A stretch of DNA of 64,000 nucleotides, taken from positions 5,146,001-5,210,000 of the forward strand of contig OZ024741.1 of the NCBI GenBank assembly GCA_964016885.1, read 5' to 3'. Each line of letters begins with the position of its first letter. Position 1 is the stretch's first letter. Both the position numbers and the translations under genes were made by a program. This stretch comes from Eledone cirrhosa. Its lineage: Eukaryota. Shown in pieces: positions 26,201 to 37,200 of the stretch. Below the pieces are notes generated by a model that saw only the letters and a program-made list of their open reading frames with translations, searched no databases and was not told where the DNA came from.

Positions 26201-29200
26201 ATTCCACACCTTTCTAGGTCTACCTCTTCCAACAGTCCTCCATTCCACTCCTTTCTAGGTCTACCTCTTCCAACAGTCCTCCATTCCACTCCTTTCTAGG
26301 TCTACCTCTCCCAACAGTCCTCCATTCCACTCCTTTCTAGGTTTACCTCTTCCAACAGTCCTCCATTCCACTCCTTTCTAGGTCTACCTCTTCCAACAGT
26401 CCTCCATTCCACACCTTTCTAGGTCTACCTCTTCCAACAGTCCTCCATTCCACACCTTTCTAGGTCTACCTCTTCCAACAGTCCTCCATTCCACACCTTT
26501 CTAGGTCTACCTCTTCCAACAGTCCTCCATTCCACTCCTTTCTAGGTCTACCTCTTCCAACAGTCCTCCATTCCACACCTTTCTAGGTCTACCTCTTCCA
26601 ACAGTCCCCTATTCCACTCCTTTCTAGGTCTACCTCTTCCAACAGTCCTCCATTCCACTCCTTTCTAGGTCTACCTCTTCCAACAGTCCTCCATTCCACA
26701 CCTTTCTAGGTCTACCTCTTCCAACAGTCCCCTATTCCACTCCTTTCTAGGTCTACCTCTTCCAACAGTCCTCCATTCCACACCTTTCTAGGTCTACCTC
26801 TTCCAACAGTCCTCCATTCCACACCTTTCTAGGTCTACCTCTTCCAACAGTCCTCCATTCCACTCCTTTCTAGGTCTACCTCTTCCAACAGTCCTCCATT
26901 CCACACCTTTCTAGGTCTACCTCTTCCAACAGTCCTCCATTCCACTCCTTTCTAGGTCTACCTCTTCCAACAGTCCTCCATTCCACACCTTTCTAGGTCT
27001 ACCTCTTCCAACAGTCCTCCATTCCACTCCTTTCTAGGTCTACCTCTTCCAACAGTCCTCCATTCCACTCCTTTCTAGGTCTACCTCTTCCAACAGTCCT
27101 CCATTCCACTCCTTTCTAGGTCTACCTCTTCCAACAGTCCTCCATTCCACACCTTTCTAGGTCTACCTCTTCCAACAGTCCCCCATTACACTCCTTTCTA
27201 GGTCTACCTCTTCCAACAGTCCTCCATTCCACTCCTTTCTAGGTCTACCTCTTCCAACAGTCCTCCATTCCACTCCTTTCTAGGTCTACCTCTTCCAACA
27301 GTCCTCCATTCCACACCTTTCTAGGTCTACCTCTTCCAACAGTCCCCTATTCCACTCCTTTCTAGGTCTACCTCTCCCAACAGTCCTCCATTCCACTCCT
27401 TTCTAGGACTACCTCTTCCAACAGTCCCCTATTCCACTCCTTTCTAGGACTACCTCTTCCAACAGTCCTCCATTCCACTCCTTTCTAGGTCTACCTCTTC
27501 CAACAGTCCTCCATTCCACACCTTTCTAGGTCTACCTCTTCCAACAGTCCTCCATTCCACACCTTTCTAGGTCTACCTCTTCCAACAGTCCTCCATTCCA
27601 CTCCTTTCTAGGTCTACCTCTCCCAACAGTCCTCCATTCCACTCCTTTCTAGGACTACCTCTTCCAACAGTCCTCCATTCCACTCCTTTCTAGGTCTACC
27701 TCTTCCAACAGTCCTCCATTCCACTCCTTTCTAGGTCTACCTCTTCCAACAGTCCTCCATTCCACACCTTTCTAGGTCTACCTCTTCCAACAGTCCCCTA
27801 TTCCACTCCTTTCTAGGTCTACCTCTCCCAACAGTCCTCCATTCCACTCCTTTCTAGGACTACCTCTTCCAACAGTCCCCTATTCCACTCCTTTCTAGGA
27901 CTACCTCTTCCAACAGTCCTCCATTCCACTCCTTTCTAGGTCTACCTCTTCCAACAGTCCTCCATTCCACACCTTTCTAGGTCTACCTCTTCCAACAGTC
28001 CTCCATTCCACACCTTTCTAGGTCTACCTCTTCCAACAGTCCTCCATTCCACTCCTTTCTAGGTCTACCTCTTCCAACAGTCCTCCATTCCACTCCTTTC
28101 TAGGTCTACCTCTTCCAACAGTCCCCTATTCCACTCCTTTCTAGGACTACCTCTTCCAACAGTCCCCTATTCCACTCCTTTCTAGGACTACCTCTTCCAA
28201 CAGTCCCCTATTCCACTCCTTTCTAGGACTACCTCTTCCAACAGTCCTCCATTCCACTCCTTTCTAGGTCTACCTCTTCCAACAGTCCTCCATTCCACAC
28301 CTTTCTAGGTCTACCTCTTCCAACAGTCCTCCATTCCACACCTTTCTAGGTCTACCTCTTCCAACAGTCCTCCATTCCACACCTTTCTAGGTCTACCTCT
28401 TCCAACAGTCCTCCATTCCACTCCTTTCTAGGTCTACCTCTTCCAACAGTCCTCCATTCCACTCCTTTCTAGGTCTACCTCTTCCAACAGTCCCCTATTC
28501 CACTCCTTTCTAGGACTACCTCTTCCAACAGTCCCCTATTCCACTCCTTTCTAGGACTACCTCTTCCAACAGTCCCCTATTCCACTCCTTTCTAGGACTA
28601 CCTCTTCCAACAGTCCTCCATTCCACTCCTTTCTAGGTCTACCTCTTCCAACAGTCCTCCATTCCACACCTTTCTAGGTCTACCTCTTCCAACAGTCCTC
28701 CATTCCACACCTTTCTAGGTCTACCTCTTCCAACAGTCCCCCATTCCATACCTTTCTAGGTCTACCTCTTCCAACAGTCCTCCATTCCACTCCTTTCTAG
28801 GTCTACCTCTTCCAACAGTCCTCCATTAATCCTTTCTAGGTCTACCTCTTCCAACAGTCCTCCATTCCACTCCTTTCTAGGTCTACCTCTTCCAACAGTC
28901 CTCCATTCCACACCTTTCTAGGTCTACCTCTTCCAACAGTCCTCCATTCCACTCCTTTCTAGGACTACCTCTCCCAACAGTCCCCTATTCCACTCCTTTC
29001 TAGGTCTACCTCTCCCAACAGTCCTCCATTCCACTCCTTTCTAGGACTACCTCTTCCAACAGTCCCCTATTCCACTCCTTTCTAGGACTACCTCTTCCAA
29101 CAGTCCTCCATTCCACTCCTTTCTAGGACTACCTCTTCCAACAGTCCCCTATTCCACTCCTTTCTAGGTCTACCTCTCCCAACAGTCCTCCATTCCACTC

Positions 29201-29876
29201 CTTTCTAGGACTACCTCTTCCAACAGTCCCCTATTCCACTCCTTTCTAGGACTACCTCTTCCAACAGTCCTCCATTCCACTCCTTTCTAGGTCTACCTCT
29301 TCCAACAGTCCTCCATTCCACTCCTTTCTAGGTCTACCTCTTCCAACAGTCCCCCATTCCATACCTTTCTAGGTCTACCTCTTCCAACAGTCCTCCATTC
29401 CACACCTTTCTAGGTCTACCTCTTCCAACAGTCCTCCATTAATCCTTTCTAGGTCTACCTCTTCCAAGAGTCCTCCATTCCACTCCTTTCTAGGTCTACC
29501 TCTTCCAACAGTCCTCCATTAATCCTTTCTAGGTCTACCTCTTCCAACAGTCCTCCATTCCACACCTTTCTAGGTCTACCTCTTCCAACAGTCCTCCATT
29601 CCACTCCTTTCTAGGTCTACCTCTTCCAACAGTCCTCCATTCCACACCTTTCTAGGTCTACCTCTTCCAACAGTCCTCCATTAATCCTTTCTAGGTCTAC
29701 CTCTTCCAACAGTCCTCCATTCCACTCCTTTCTAGGTCTACCTCTTCCAACAGTCCTCCATTCCACTCCTTTCTAGGTCTACCTCTTCCAACAGTCCCCC
29801 ATTCCACACCTTTCTAGGTCTACCTCTTCCAACAGTCCCCCATTCCACTCCTTTCTAGGTCTACCTCTCCCAACAG
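11226..29876 (+). repeat. 41-bp tandem satellite, roughly 455 copies, with interspersed 39-bp variants
   Basis: Consensus CCATTCCACTCCTTTCTAGGTCTACCTCTTCCAACAGTCCT. The + strand is strongly C/T-rich. Confidence 0.97.
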
Positions 29877-29918
29877 CAACTCTGAGCGTGAAAAAATGTT
29901 CCCTAAAGCTCCCATAAC
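29874..29918 (-). mobile_element. Short CR1-group fragment abutting the 41-bp array
   Basis: Minus strand TTTAGGGAACATTTTTTCACGCTCAGAGTTGCTG (FREHFFTLRVA) aligns to 7761-7793 TTTAGAAACATTTTTTCACACTCAGAGTTTCTG. Confidence 0.75.
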
Positions 29919-29926
29919 TAATTAAA

Positions 29927-30002
29927 TATATAGATATACACACATACGTATATATATATACACACACACATACATATATATATATACACACACACATACA
30001 TA

Positions 30003-30040
<38 letters not shown>

Positions 30041-30165
30041 CATACACATATATACATACACATGCCCACATAATCACATACATATATATAATGAGAGAGT
30101 GATGCAGACACATACACACATACATGTATGCATACGCATACACATGCTTATATATATATATATAT
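29927..30165. repeat. Compound (TA)n/(CA)n microsatellite region
   Basis: Read directly from the sequence. Confidence 0.9.
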
Positions 30166-30531
30166 CTTTAGGTATGTTGGTTCACCACTGGATAGAACTA
30201 GTCATTCCGTATGGTCAATCTTGGTGTAATATTATGGAGAGTACTCAACGTAGTGCAGTTCACCCGTCTTCGTTTGTGTAGTCGGTGGTGCGAATACGGA
30301 TTTAATTACAAACGGAGTTAATTATAAACTAAACCCTTTTTCTTTGACGGAGAGGTGGTAGTGCATTATAAGCCTTCGCCCCCTCACCAGATGGTCATTA
30401 GTAGATTCAGTTGCCATCACTTTGAGGGCGACTGGCCGAGGTGAAGGCAGCTAGCTGGTCAGTCGTCCTCTTTGTCTCTGTCTCTGATTTTTCGGACCCA
30501 TGGTTTTTTACATATTCCTTGTTATATTCCA

Positions 30532-30589
30532 ATACCTGATGATATCACCGGATTCATATGGAACCCGGTCATTGAAATGATCATAGTAT
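30532..30589 (+). ncRNA. Minimal type-I hammerhead ribozyme motif with canonical core, followed by AATAAA
   Basis: ATAC-CTGATGA(30536-30542)-TATCACCGGATTC atatg GAACCCGGTCATT-GAAA(30574-30577)-TGATCA-TA-GTAT, then AATAAA at 30590-30595. Helix I is ATAC/GTAT, helix III is palindromic, the triplet is AUA. Confidence 0.7.
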
Positions 30590-30653
30590 AATAAACCTTT
30601 CAAGGATTTACACCAGTCCAGCCTCCTGTTATTTTATTTATATATATATATAT

Positions 30654-30980
30654 AATATAAAACGAAAAATCAGTGATGCATCTGGACTCAATTTATTGTG
30701 TTACAATTGTTTCGCCGGCAGACAGCTTGAGACACGATCATTGTATGGATCTGTCTGATTCTGGAACTGCAGGTTCGTCGGACACTGGCAATAATTCCGG
30801 ATCAAATTTTCTCACTGGGGGTGTTAGTGTCAACAAATATCTTCCTCGCTTGTCCTGCTATTGGCTGTTGTTTTGTGAGAAAATCATACAATGATCGTGT
30901 CTCGAGCTGTCGGCCGGCGAAACAATTGTAACACACAATAAATTGAGTCCAGATGCATCACTGATTTTTCGTTTTATATT
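30654..30980. mobile_element. Foldback 2: ~95-bp inverted repeats; probable Penelope-like terminal-repeat remnant
   Basis: 30654-30747 is the reverse complement of 30885-30980. The arms contain GCGAAACAATTGTAAC followed by AATAAA. Confidence 0.75.
30698..30785 (-). ncRNA. Minimal type-I hammerhead motif, variant core CCGACGA, enlarged helix II
   Basis: Minus strand reads GTGT-CCGACGA-ACCTGCAG...CTGCCGGC-GAAA-CAATTG-TA-ACAC-AATAAA. Helix I is GTGT/ACAC, the triplet is GUA. Confidence 0.62.
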
Positions 30981-31056
30981 CTATCACACTCTGCTCTGTA
31001 AGAACAGAGTGCTCAACCGGCATACCGCCTATGGAAGCATCATAGCTACCATCAGA

Positions 31057-31057
31057 T

Positions 31058-31126
<69 letters not shown>
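31057..31126. repeat. (CA)n(TA)n microsatellite
   Basis: Read directly from the sequence. Confidence 0.95.
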
Positions 31127-31129
<3 letters not shown>

Positions 31130-31649
31130 ATGATATTAATAAATGGAAGCTGTATTTATAAAACCATATTTATTTTATTATATATATTTAAAGACTTTCG
31201 TCAAATCGGACCGAGGGAACAATGTTTCCGTTGGTCTTTCCATTTGCTAACACATCTATCGGTCGCAACTCCAGGTAGAAGGAGCAACGTGAAATAAAGT
31301 GTCTTGCTCAAGGACATAGCCACACGCCTTCCTGGACCAGGCGATGCGTTATGTCCTTGAGCAAGACACTTTATTTCACGTTGCTCCTTCTACCTGGAGT
31401 TGCGACCGATAGAGAGTATTAGCAATTGGAAAGACCAACGGAAACATTGTTCCCTCGGTCCGATTTGACGAAAGTCGATCGTTCCTTTATATTTAAAGAG
31501 TACCAAAATTTTGGTACGGTCTCATCAGATAAAATACAAAATTTGTTTTATAAATGTTGACATACACAAGAAACCAGACCTTGAAATATATATAATAAAA
31601 TAAATATGGTTTTATAAATGTAGTTTCTATTTATTAATATCATTGATAT
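31124..31649. repeat. Foldback 3: nested inverted repeats (outer 31124-31193/31580-31649; inner 31194-31318/31350-31475)
   Basis: Both arm pairs were checked by reverse complement. The inner arms contain the SINE-type motif GTCCTTGAGCAAGACACTTTA. Confidence 0.85.
31475..31528 (-). ncRNA. Truncated hammerhead remnant (5' core and helix II only)
   Basis: Minus strand reads CTGATGA-GACCGT-[two sub-hairpins]-ACGATC-GA, cut within GAAA by the inner inverted repeat. Confidence 0.45.
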
Positions 31650-31728
31650 TATACTCCAAATCTGTAGAGTGCTTTGAATCTCTTATAAATACATTTGTTG
31701 AATAACCAACAAATTAAATATCTCTTTG

Positions 31729-31729
<1 letters not shown>

Positions 31730-31768
<39 letters not shown>

Positions 31769-31806
31769 CATACATATACATACATACGCACACATATACA
31801 CACTCG

Positions 31807-31852
<46 letters not shown>

Positions 31853-32034
31853 ATACATGCGTACACACATATATATACACCCGCACGTACACAATAAAAG
31901 TGATGATGATGATGATATATAAATGCGTTCACACAAAATTTTACGCACATACACATACACGAAGTAAGTGAGAGGACATAACACATGTACATACACACAC
32001 ACAAAAAAACATATATATACATATATATATATAT
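31730..32034. repeat. Compound (TA)n/(CA)n/(GAT)n microsatellite region
   Basis: Read directly from the sequence. Confidence 0.9.
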
Positions 32035-32295
32035 CGAGATCTTTGGCGCTATGTAGTAATAGAGAAGACCCGCCTTGCCTATGTACAAAGCGAAACCTAC
32101 AGTCAGTAGGCACCTCTTAACCAAATATACACCCCAATTCACTACCCCTACCCTATACTCCCACTCCCACCAACACCACCCTCTCTCTGTAAAGTTGGTA
32201 CCACAACATCCAGTCCAAACTAATGAGATTAATGAAATCGAGATCGTGTAGGTGTCACGACAAAAAAACACACGCTGTAATGTGGCCATGTAGGT

Positions 32296-32495
32296 AACAC
32301 GGTAAAAAGTTCCCAGTTCCACACTGTAAATGTGGTTGGTGTTAGGAAGGGCATCCAGCCGTAGAAAACCTGCCAGATAGTCCTATATGAGCGAGACACG
32401 TCACCCGATCAATCTTGCCTCAAGTGGGACAACTCCCGTCTAACCCATGCTGGCATGGAAGATAGACATTAAACGGTGATGATGATGATGATGAT
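32296..32495 (+). mobile_element. SINE/LINE 3' end with (GAT)n tail, copy 1 (RTE-type tail suspected)
   Basis: CCACACTGTAAATGTGGTTGG..TTAGGAAGGGCATCCAGC.GTAGAAA...CTAACCCATGC..GC.TGGAA...TTAAA..GTGATGATGAT is shared with the copy at 32683-32889. Confidence 0.7.
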
Positions 32496-32682
32496 TAGAA
32501 AGAGTCGTGTCCCAAGGGTTGAGCTCTTGTACTGTCAACAGTTGTTGAAATGGCAAGAGCTCAGCTGTCGGGCCACAGCTCTTTCTAATATAGTTATACT
32601 CTACTATCCCAAGTATCAAGTACTCTGTTGAATAATGGTCTAATTAGTTTAATATTGGCTCTCTCCTGATATATATGTGTGT

Positions 32683-32889
32683 TGCGATAAAGAGCGCCCA
32701 GTCCACACTGTAAATGTGGTTGGCATTAGGAAGGGCATCCAGCTGTAGAAACCAAGCCATAATCAGTTCTGTGTGAGCAAGACATGGTCACCTGACCTAG
32801 CATTTCTCACAACAGGACAACTCATCTAACCCATGCTATGCGTGGAAAAATGGGCGTTAAAAGGTGATGATGATGATAATGATGATGAT
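32683..32889 (+). mobile_element. SINE/LINE 3' end with (GAT)n tail, copy 2
   Basis: Diverged direct repeat of 32296-32495, ending in a degenerate (GAT)n. Confidence 0.7.
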
Positions 32890-33576
32890 ATATATATATA
32901 TATATTAGATTTCTCAAATTATTTTCTTCCTCAGACACTGTCATATCTTCTCTTGTTCCTAACTAATCGTCCCATTATATGTAATAAAAGAACAGCTGTC
33001 AATTATTTATGGGTTGTCTATATCTGTTACTCTATATAACATCCATTAACCACATCTACATTTGTTAATGTAGAAATATAAGAAGTTTAATCAACATTTG
33101 TTGTACATCTTAGTCTGGACATTCCAGAAGGAAGTTGAGAATATATCTACATTGCATGTTTCCTGCACATGTAAATGGAGTTTAGTGATAGCCAAGACTC
33201 TACTGTCACACATTTCTCACCTCCACAACCTTGGTACCACAGCCTGCAATGCTGAGGACAGGAAGACAAGCAAATATGAAGGCTTGTCCGGTTGTTTCCT
33301 CTTTGCACTGGTCGCCGTTAAAACCTCAGACATCCTCGAACCCTGAACAGTTGACCTCCCTCAGAGCCCCGCAAGGTGGTGCGGCTGTTGCAGTGGGTCT
33401 TGCTGGCCATTGCCCATGGCAATGCCTTTGCCATTTTGTCTTCAGGGTGCAGCCGAAACACCACTCTGACCTAGGTTTAGAATCTGTCACCCTTCCCCAC
33501 TTTCTTCTTTTCTCCAGTAGTCTTTGCTCTTCCCTTCTTTTTCCTAAATAAAGTCAATACGTAAAAACAAAAGAGT

Positions 33577-33695
33577 GAATATTGTTGTGAGATTTATAGG
33601 AAAACGTTTCCCACAGAACAGGAAGTCTTAATGCACAGAAAAATATGTTATAGAGAAAATCTTACTTCTGTGAAATATGTGGAAAATCTTTTGTC
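33577..33695 (+). pseudogene. Decayed C2H2 zinc-finger fragment (about 1.5 fingers)
   Basis: EYCCEIYRKTFPTEQEVLMHRKICYRE, then a +1 frameshift in an A run, then KSYFCEICGKSFV. Truncated by the repeat at 33698. Confidence 0.6.
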
Positions 33696-33697
33696 TA

Positions 33698-33832
33698 TAT
33701 TGTTATATTTGGGGAGGGTCATGTTGTTATAATATTAGGGAGGGTCATATTGTTATATTTGGGGAGGGTCATGTTGTTATAATATTAGGGAGGGTCATAT
33801 TGTTATATTTGGGGAGGGTCATGTTATAATAT
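33698..33832 (+). repeat. 50-bp period minisatellite built from 24/26-bp subunits, ~2.7 copies
   Basis: TATTGTTATATTTGGGGAGGGTCATGTTGTTATAATATTAGGGAGGGTCA starts at 33698, 33748 and 33798. Confidence 0.9.
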
Positions 33833-34245
33833 TGCCAGAAAAATATAGAAAAACACACTTACTGTTTAGTTTAGTTTTCACTTCAGTATATTTTATATCC
33901 CTATAGTTAATTCAACTGGCAATCAATGTTTAACATTGATTGACAAATAGTTAAAAATATAGATATAAATATAGTCTCTCAGGGTTCTTTTGTCACACGT
34001 CTGTGACATCATCAATTGATGTAATTATGTTTCCTTCCGTTGTATTGCTGTAATATTTTCTTATTCTATTTTATTTATATATTTTTCAATTTATTGTTGT
34101 CTCTGCGCATATGTATTTGTGCCGTGTTTTCTGTTTTGTCTATAACAGTTTTTTTTAATACATATAAGTATCGATGCTTTTATTATTCACACTGGTATAA
34201 ATAACATTACAAATAGCTTATAATTTTACAGAATAGAAATATAAA

Positions 34246-37200
34246 CACAACTATATATACATATAAAAAATACAACTAACAACTGCTAGGAGCTTCACAA
34301 TAATATATACATATGATAAATACAACTAACAACTGCTAGGAACCTCACAACTATATATACATATAATAAATACAACTAACAACAGCTAGGAACATCACAA
34401 CTATATATACATATAATAAATACAACTAACAACTGCTAGGAACCTCACAACTATAAATACATATAATAAATACAACTAACAATGGTTAGGAACCTCCCAA
34501 CTATATATATACATATAATAAATACAACTAACAACTGCTACGACCTCACAAGTATATATACATGTAATAAATACAACTAACAACTGCTAGGAACCTCACA
34601 ACTATATATACATATAATAAATACAACTAACAACTTCTAGGAACCTCCCAACTATAAATACATATAATAAATACAACTAACAACTGCTAGGAATCTCACA
34701 ACTATAAATACATATAATAAATACAACTAACAACTGCTAGGAACCTCCCAACTATATATATACATATAATAAATACAACTAACAACTGCTACGAACCTCA
34801 CAAGTATATATACATGTAATAAATACAACTAACAACTGCTAGGAACCTCACAACTATATATACATATACTAAATACAACTAACAACTGCTAGGAACCTCA
34901 GAACTATATATACATATAATAAATACAACTAACAACTGCTAGGAACCTCAGAACTATAAATACATATAATAAATACAACTAACAACAGCTAGGACCAACA
35001 CAACTATATATACATATTATAAATACAACTAACAACTGCTAGGAACCTCAACTATAAATAAAGATAATAAATACAACTAACAACTGCTAGGAACCTCACA
35101 ACTATATATACATATAATAAATACAACTAACAGCTGCTAGGAGACTCACAACTATATATACATATAATAAATACAACTAACAACTGCTAGGAACCTCACA
35201 ACTATATATACATATAATAAATACAACTAACAACTGCTAGGAACCTCACAACTATATATACATATAATAAATACAACTAACAACTGCTAGGAACCTCCCA
35301 ACTATAAATACAGATAATAAATACAACTAACAACTGCTAGGAACCTCACAACTATAAATACATATAATAAAAACAACTAACAACTGCTAGGAACATCAGA
35401 ACTATATAGACATATAATAAATACAACTAACAACTGCTAGGAACCTCACAACTATATATACATATAATAGATACAACTAACAACTGCTAGGAACCTCACA
35501 ACTATATATACATATAATAAATACAACAAACAACTGCTAGGAACCTCACAACTATAAATACAGATAATAAATACAACTAACAACTGCTAGGAACATCACA
35601 ACTATAAATACATATAATAAATACAACTAACAACTGCTAGGAACCTCACAACTATATATACAGATAATAAATACAACTAACAACTGCTAGGAACCTCAGA
35701 ACTATATATATATATATAATAAATACAACTAACAACTGCTAGGAACCTCACAACTATAAATACATATAATAAAAACAACTAACAACTGCTAGGAGCCTCA
35801 CAACTATATATACATATAATAAATACAACTAACAACTGCTAGGAACCTCACAACTATATATACAGATAATAAATACAACTAACAACTGCTAGGAACATCA
35901 CAGCTATAAATACATATAATAAATACAACTAACAACTGCTTAGAACCTCAGAACTATATATATATATATATAATAAGTACAACTAACAACTGCTAGGAAC
36001 TTCACAACTATATATACATATAATAAATACAACTAACAACTGCTAGGAACCTCCCAACTATAAATACAGATAATAAATACAACTAACAACTGCAAGGAAC
36101 CTCACAACTATAAATACATATAATAAATACAACTAACAACTGCTAGGAACCTCAGAACTATATATACATATAATAAATACAACTAACAACTGCTAGGAAC
36201 CTCCCAACTATAAATACAGATAATAAATACAACTAACAACTGCAAGGAACCTCACAACTATAAATACATATAATAAATACAACAAACAACTGCTAGGAAC
36301 CTCACAACTATATATAAATATAATAAATACAACTAACAACTGCTAGGAACCTCACAACTATATATACGTATAATAAATACAACTAACAACTGCTAGGAGC
36401 CTCACAACTATATATACATATAATAAATACAACTAACAACTGCTAGGACCCTCACAACTAGATATACATATAATAAATAAAACTAATAACTGCTAGGAGC
36501 CTCACAACTATAAATATATATAATAAATACAACTAACAACTGCTAGGAACCACAGAACTATATATACATATAATAAATACAACTAACAACTGCTAGGAAC
36601 CTCCCAACTATAAATACAGATAATAAATACAACTAACAACTGCAAGGAACCTCACAACTATAAATACATATAATAAATACAACAAACAACTGCTAGGAAC
36701 CTCACAACTATATATACATATAATAAATACAACTAACAACTGCTAGGAACCTCACAACGATATATACATATAATAAATACAACTAACAACTTCTAGGAGC
36801 CTCACAACTATATATACATATAATAAATACAACTAACAACTGCTAGGACCCTCACAACTAGATATACATATAATAAATAAAACTAACAACTGCTAGGAGC
36901 CTCACAACTATATATACATATAATAAATACTACTAACAACTGCTAGGAACCTCACAACTATATATACATATAATAAATACAACTAACAACAGCTAGGAAC
37001 CTCACAACTATATATACATATAATAAATACAACTAACAACTGCTACGAACCTCACAAGTATATATACATATAATAAATACAACTAACAACTGCTAGGAAC
37101 CTCAGAACTATATATACATATAATAAATACAACTAACAACTGCTAGGAACCTCACAACTATATATACATATAATAAATACAACTAACAACTGCTAGGAAC

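Noticed and set aside
32037-32107. Possible further hammerhead remnant (CTTTG...CAAAG-C-GAAAC-CTACA-GTC-AGT)
   Set aside because: The CUGANGA half is missing (microsatellite upstream) and helix III is not palindromic; too weak to call.
29779-32322. YI/CV-rich ORFs
   Set aside because: Translations of (TA)n/(CA)n microsatellites.
33098-33551. GC-richer stretch with ORFs 33098..33346 and 33231..33551
   Set aside because: No recognisable domain in the frames examined; probably an unidentified repeat fragment.
33985-34022. Minus-strand TTGATGA-TGTCACA-GACG-TGTGACA-AAAG, resembling a hammerhead
   Set aside because: Good hairpin, but both core segments deviate (no C at the first core position, no GAAA) and helices I and III are absent.
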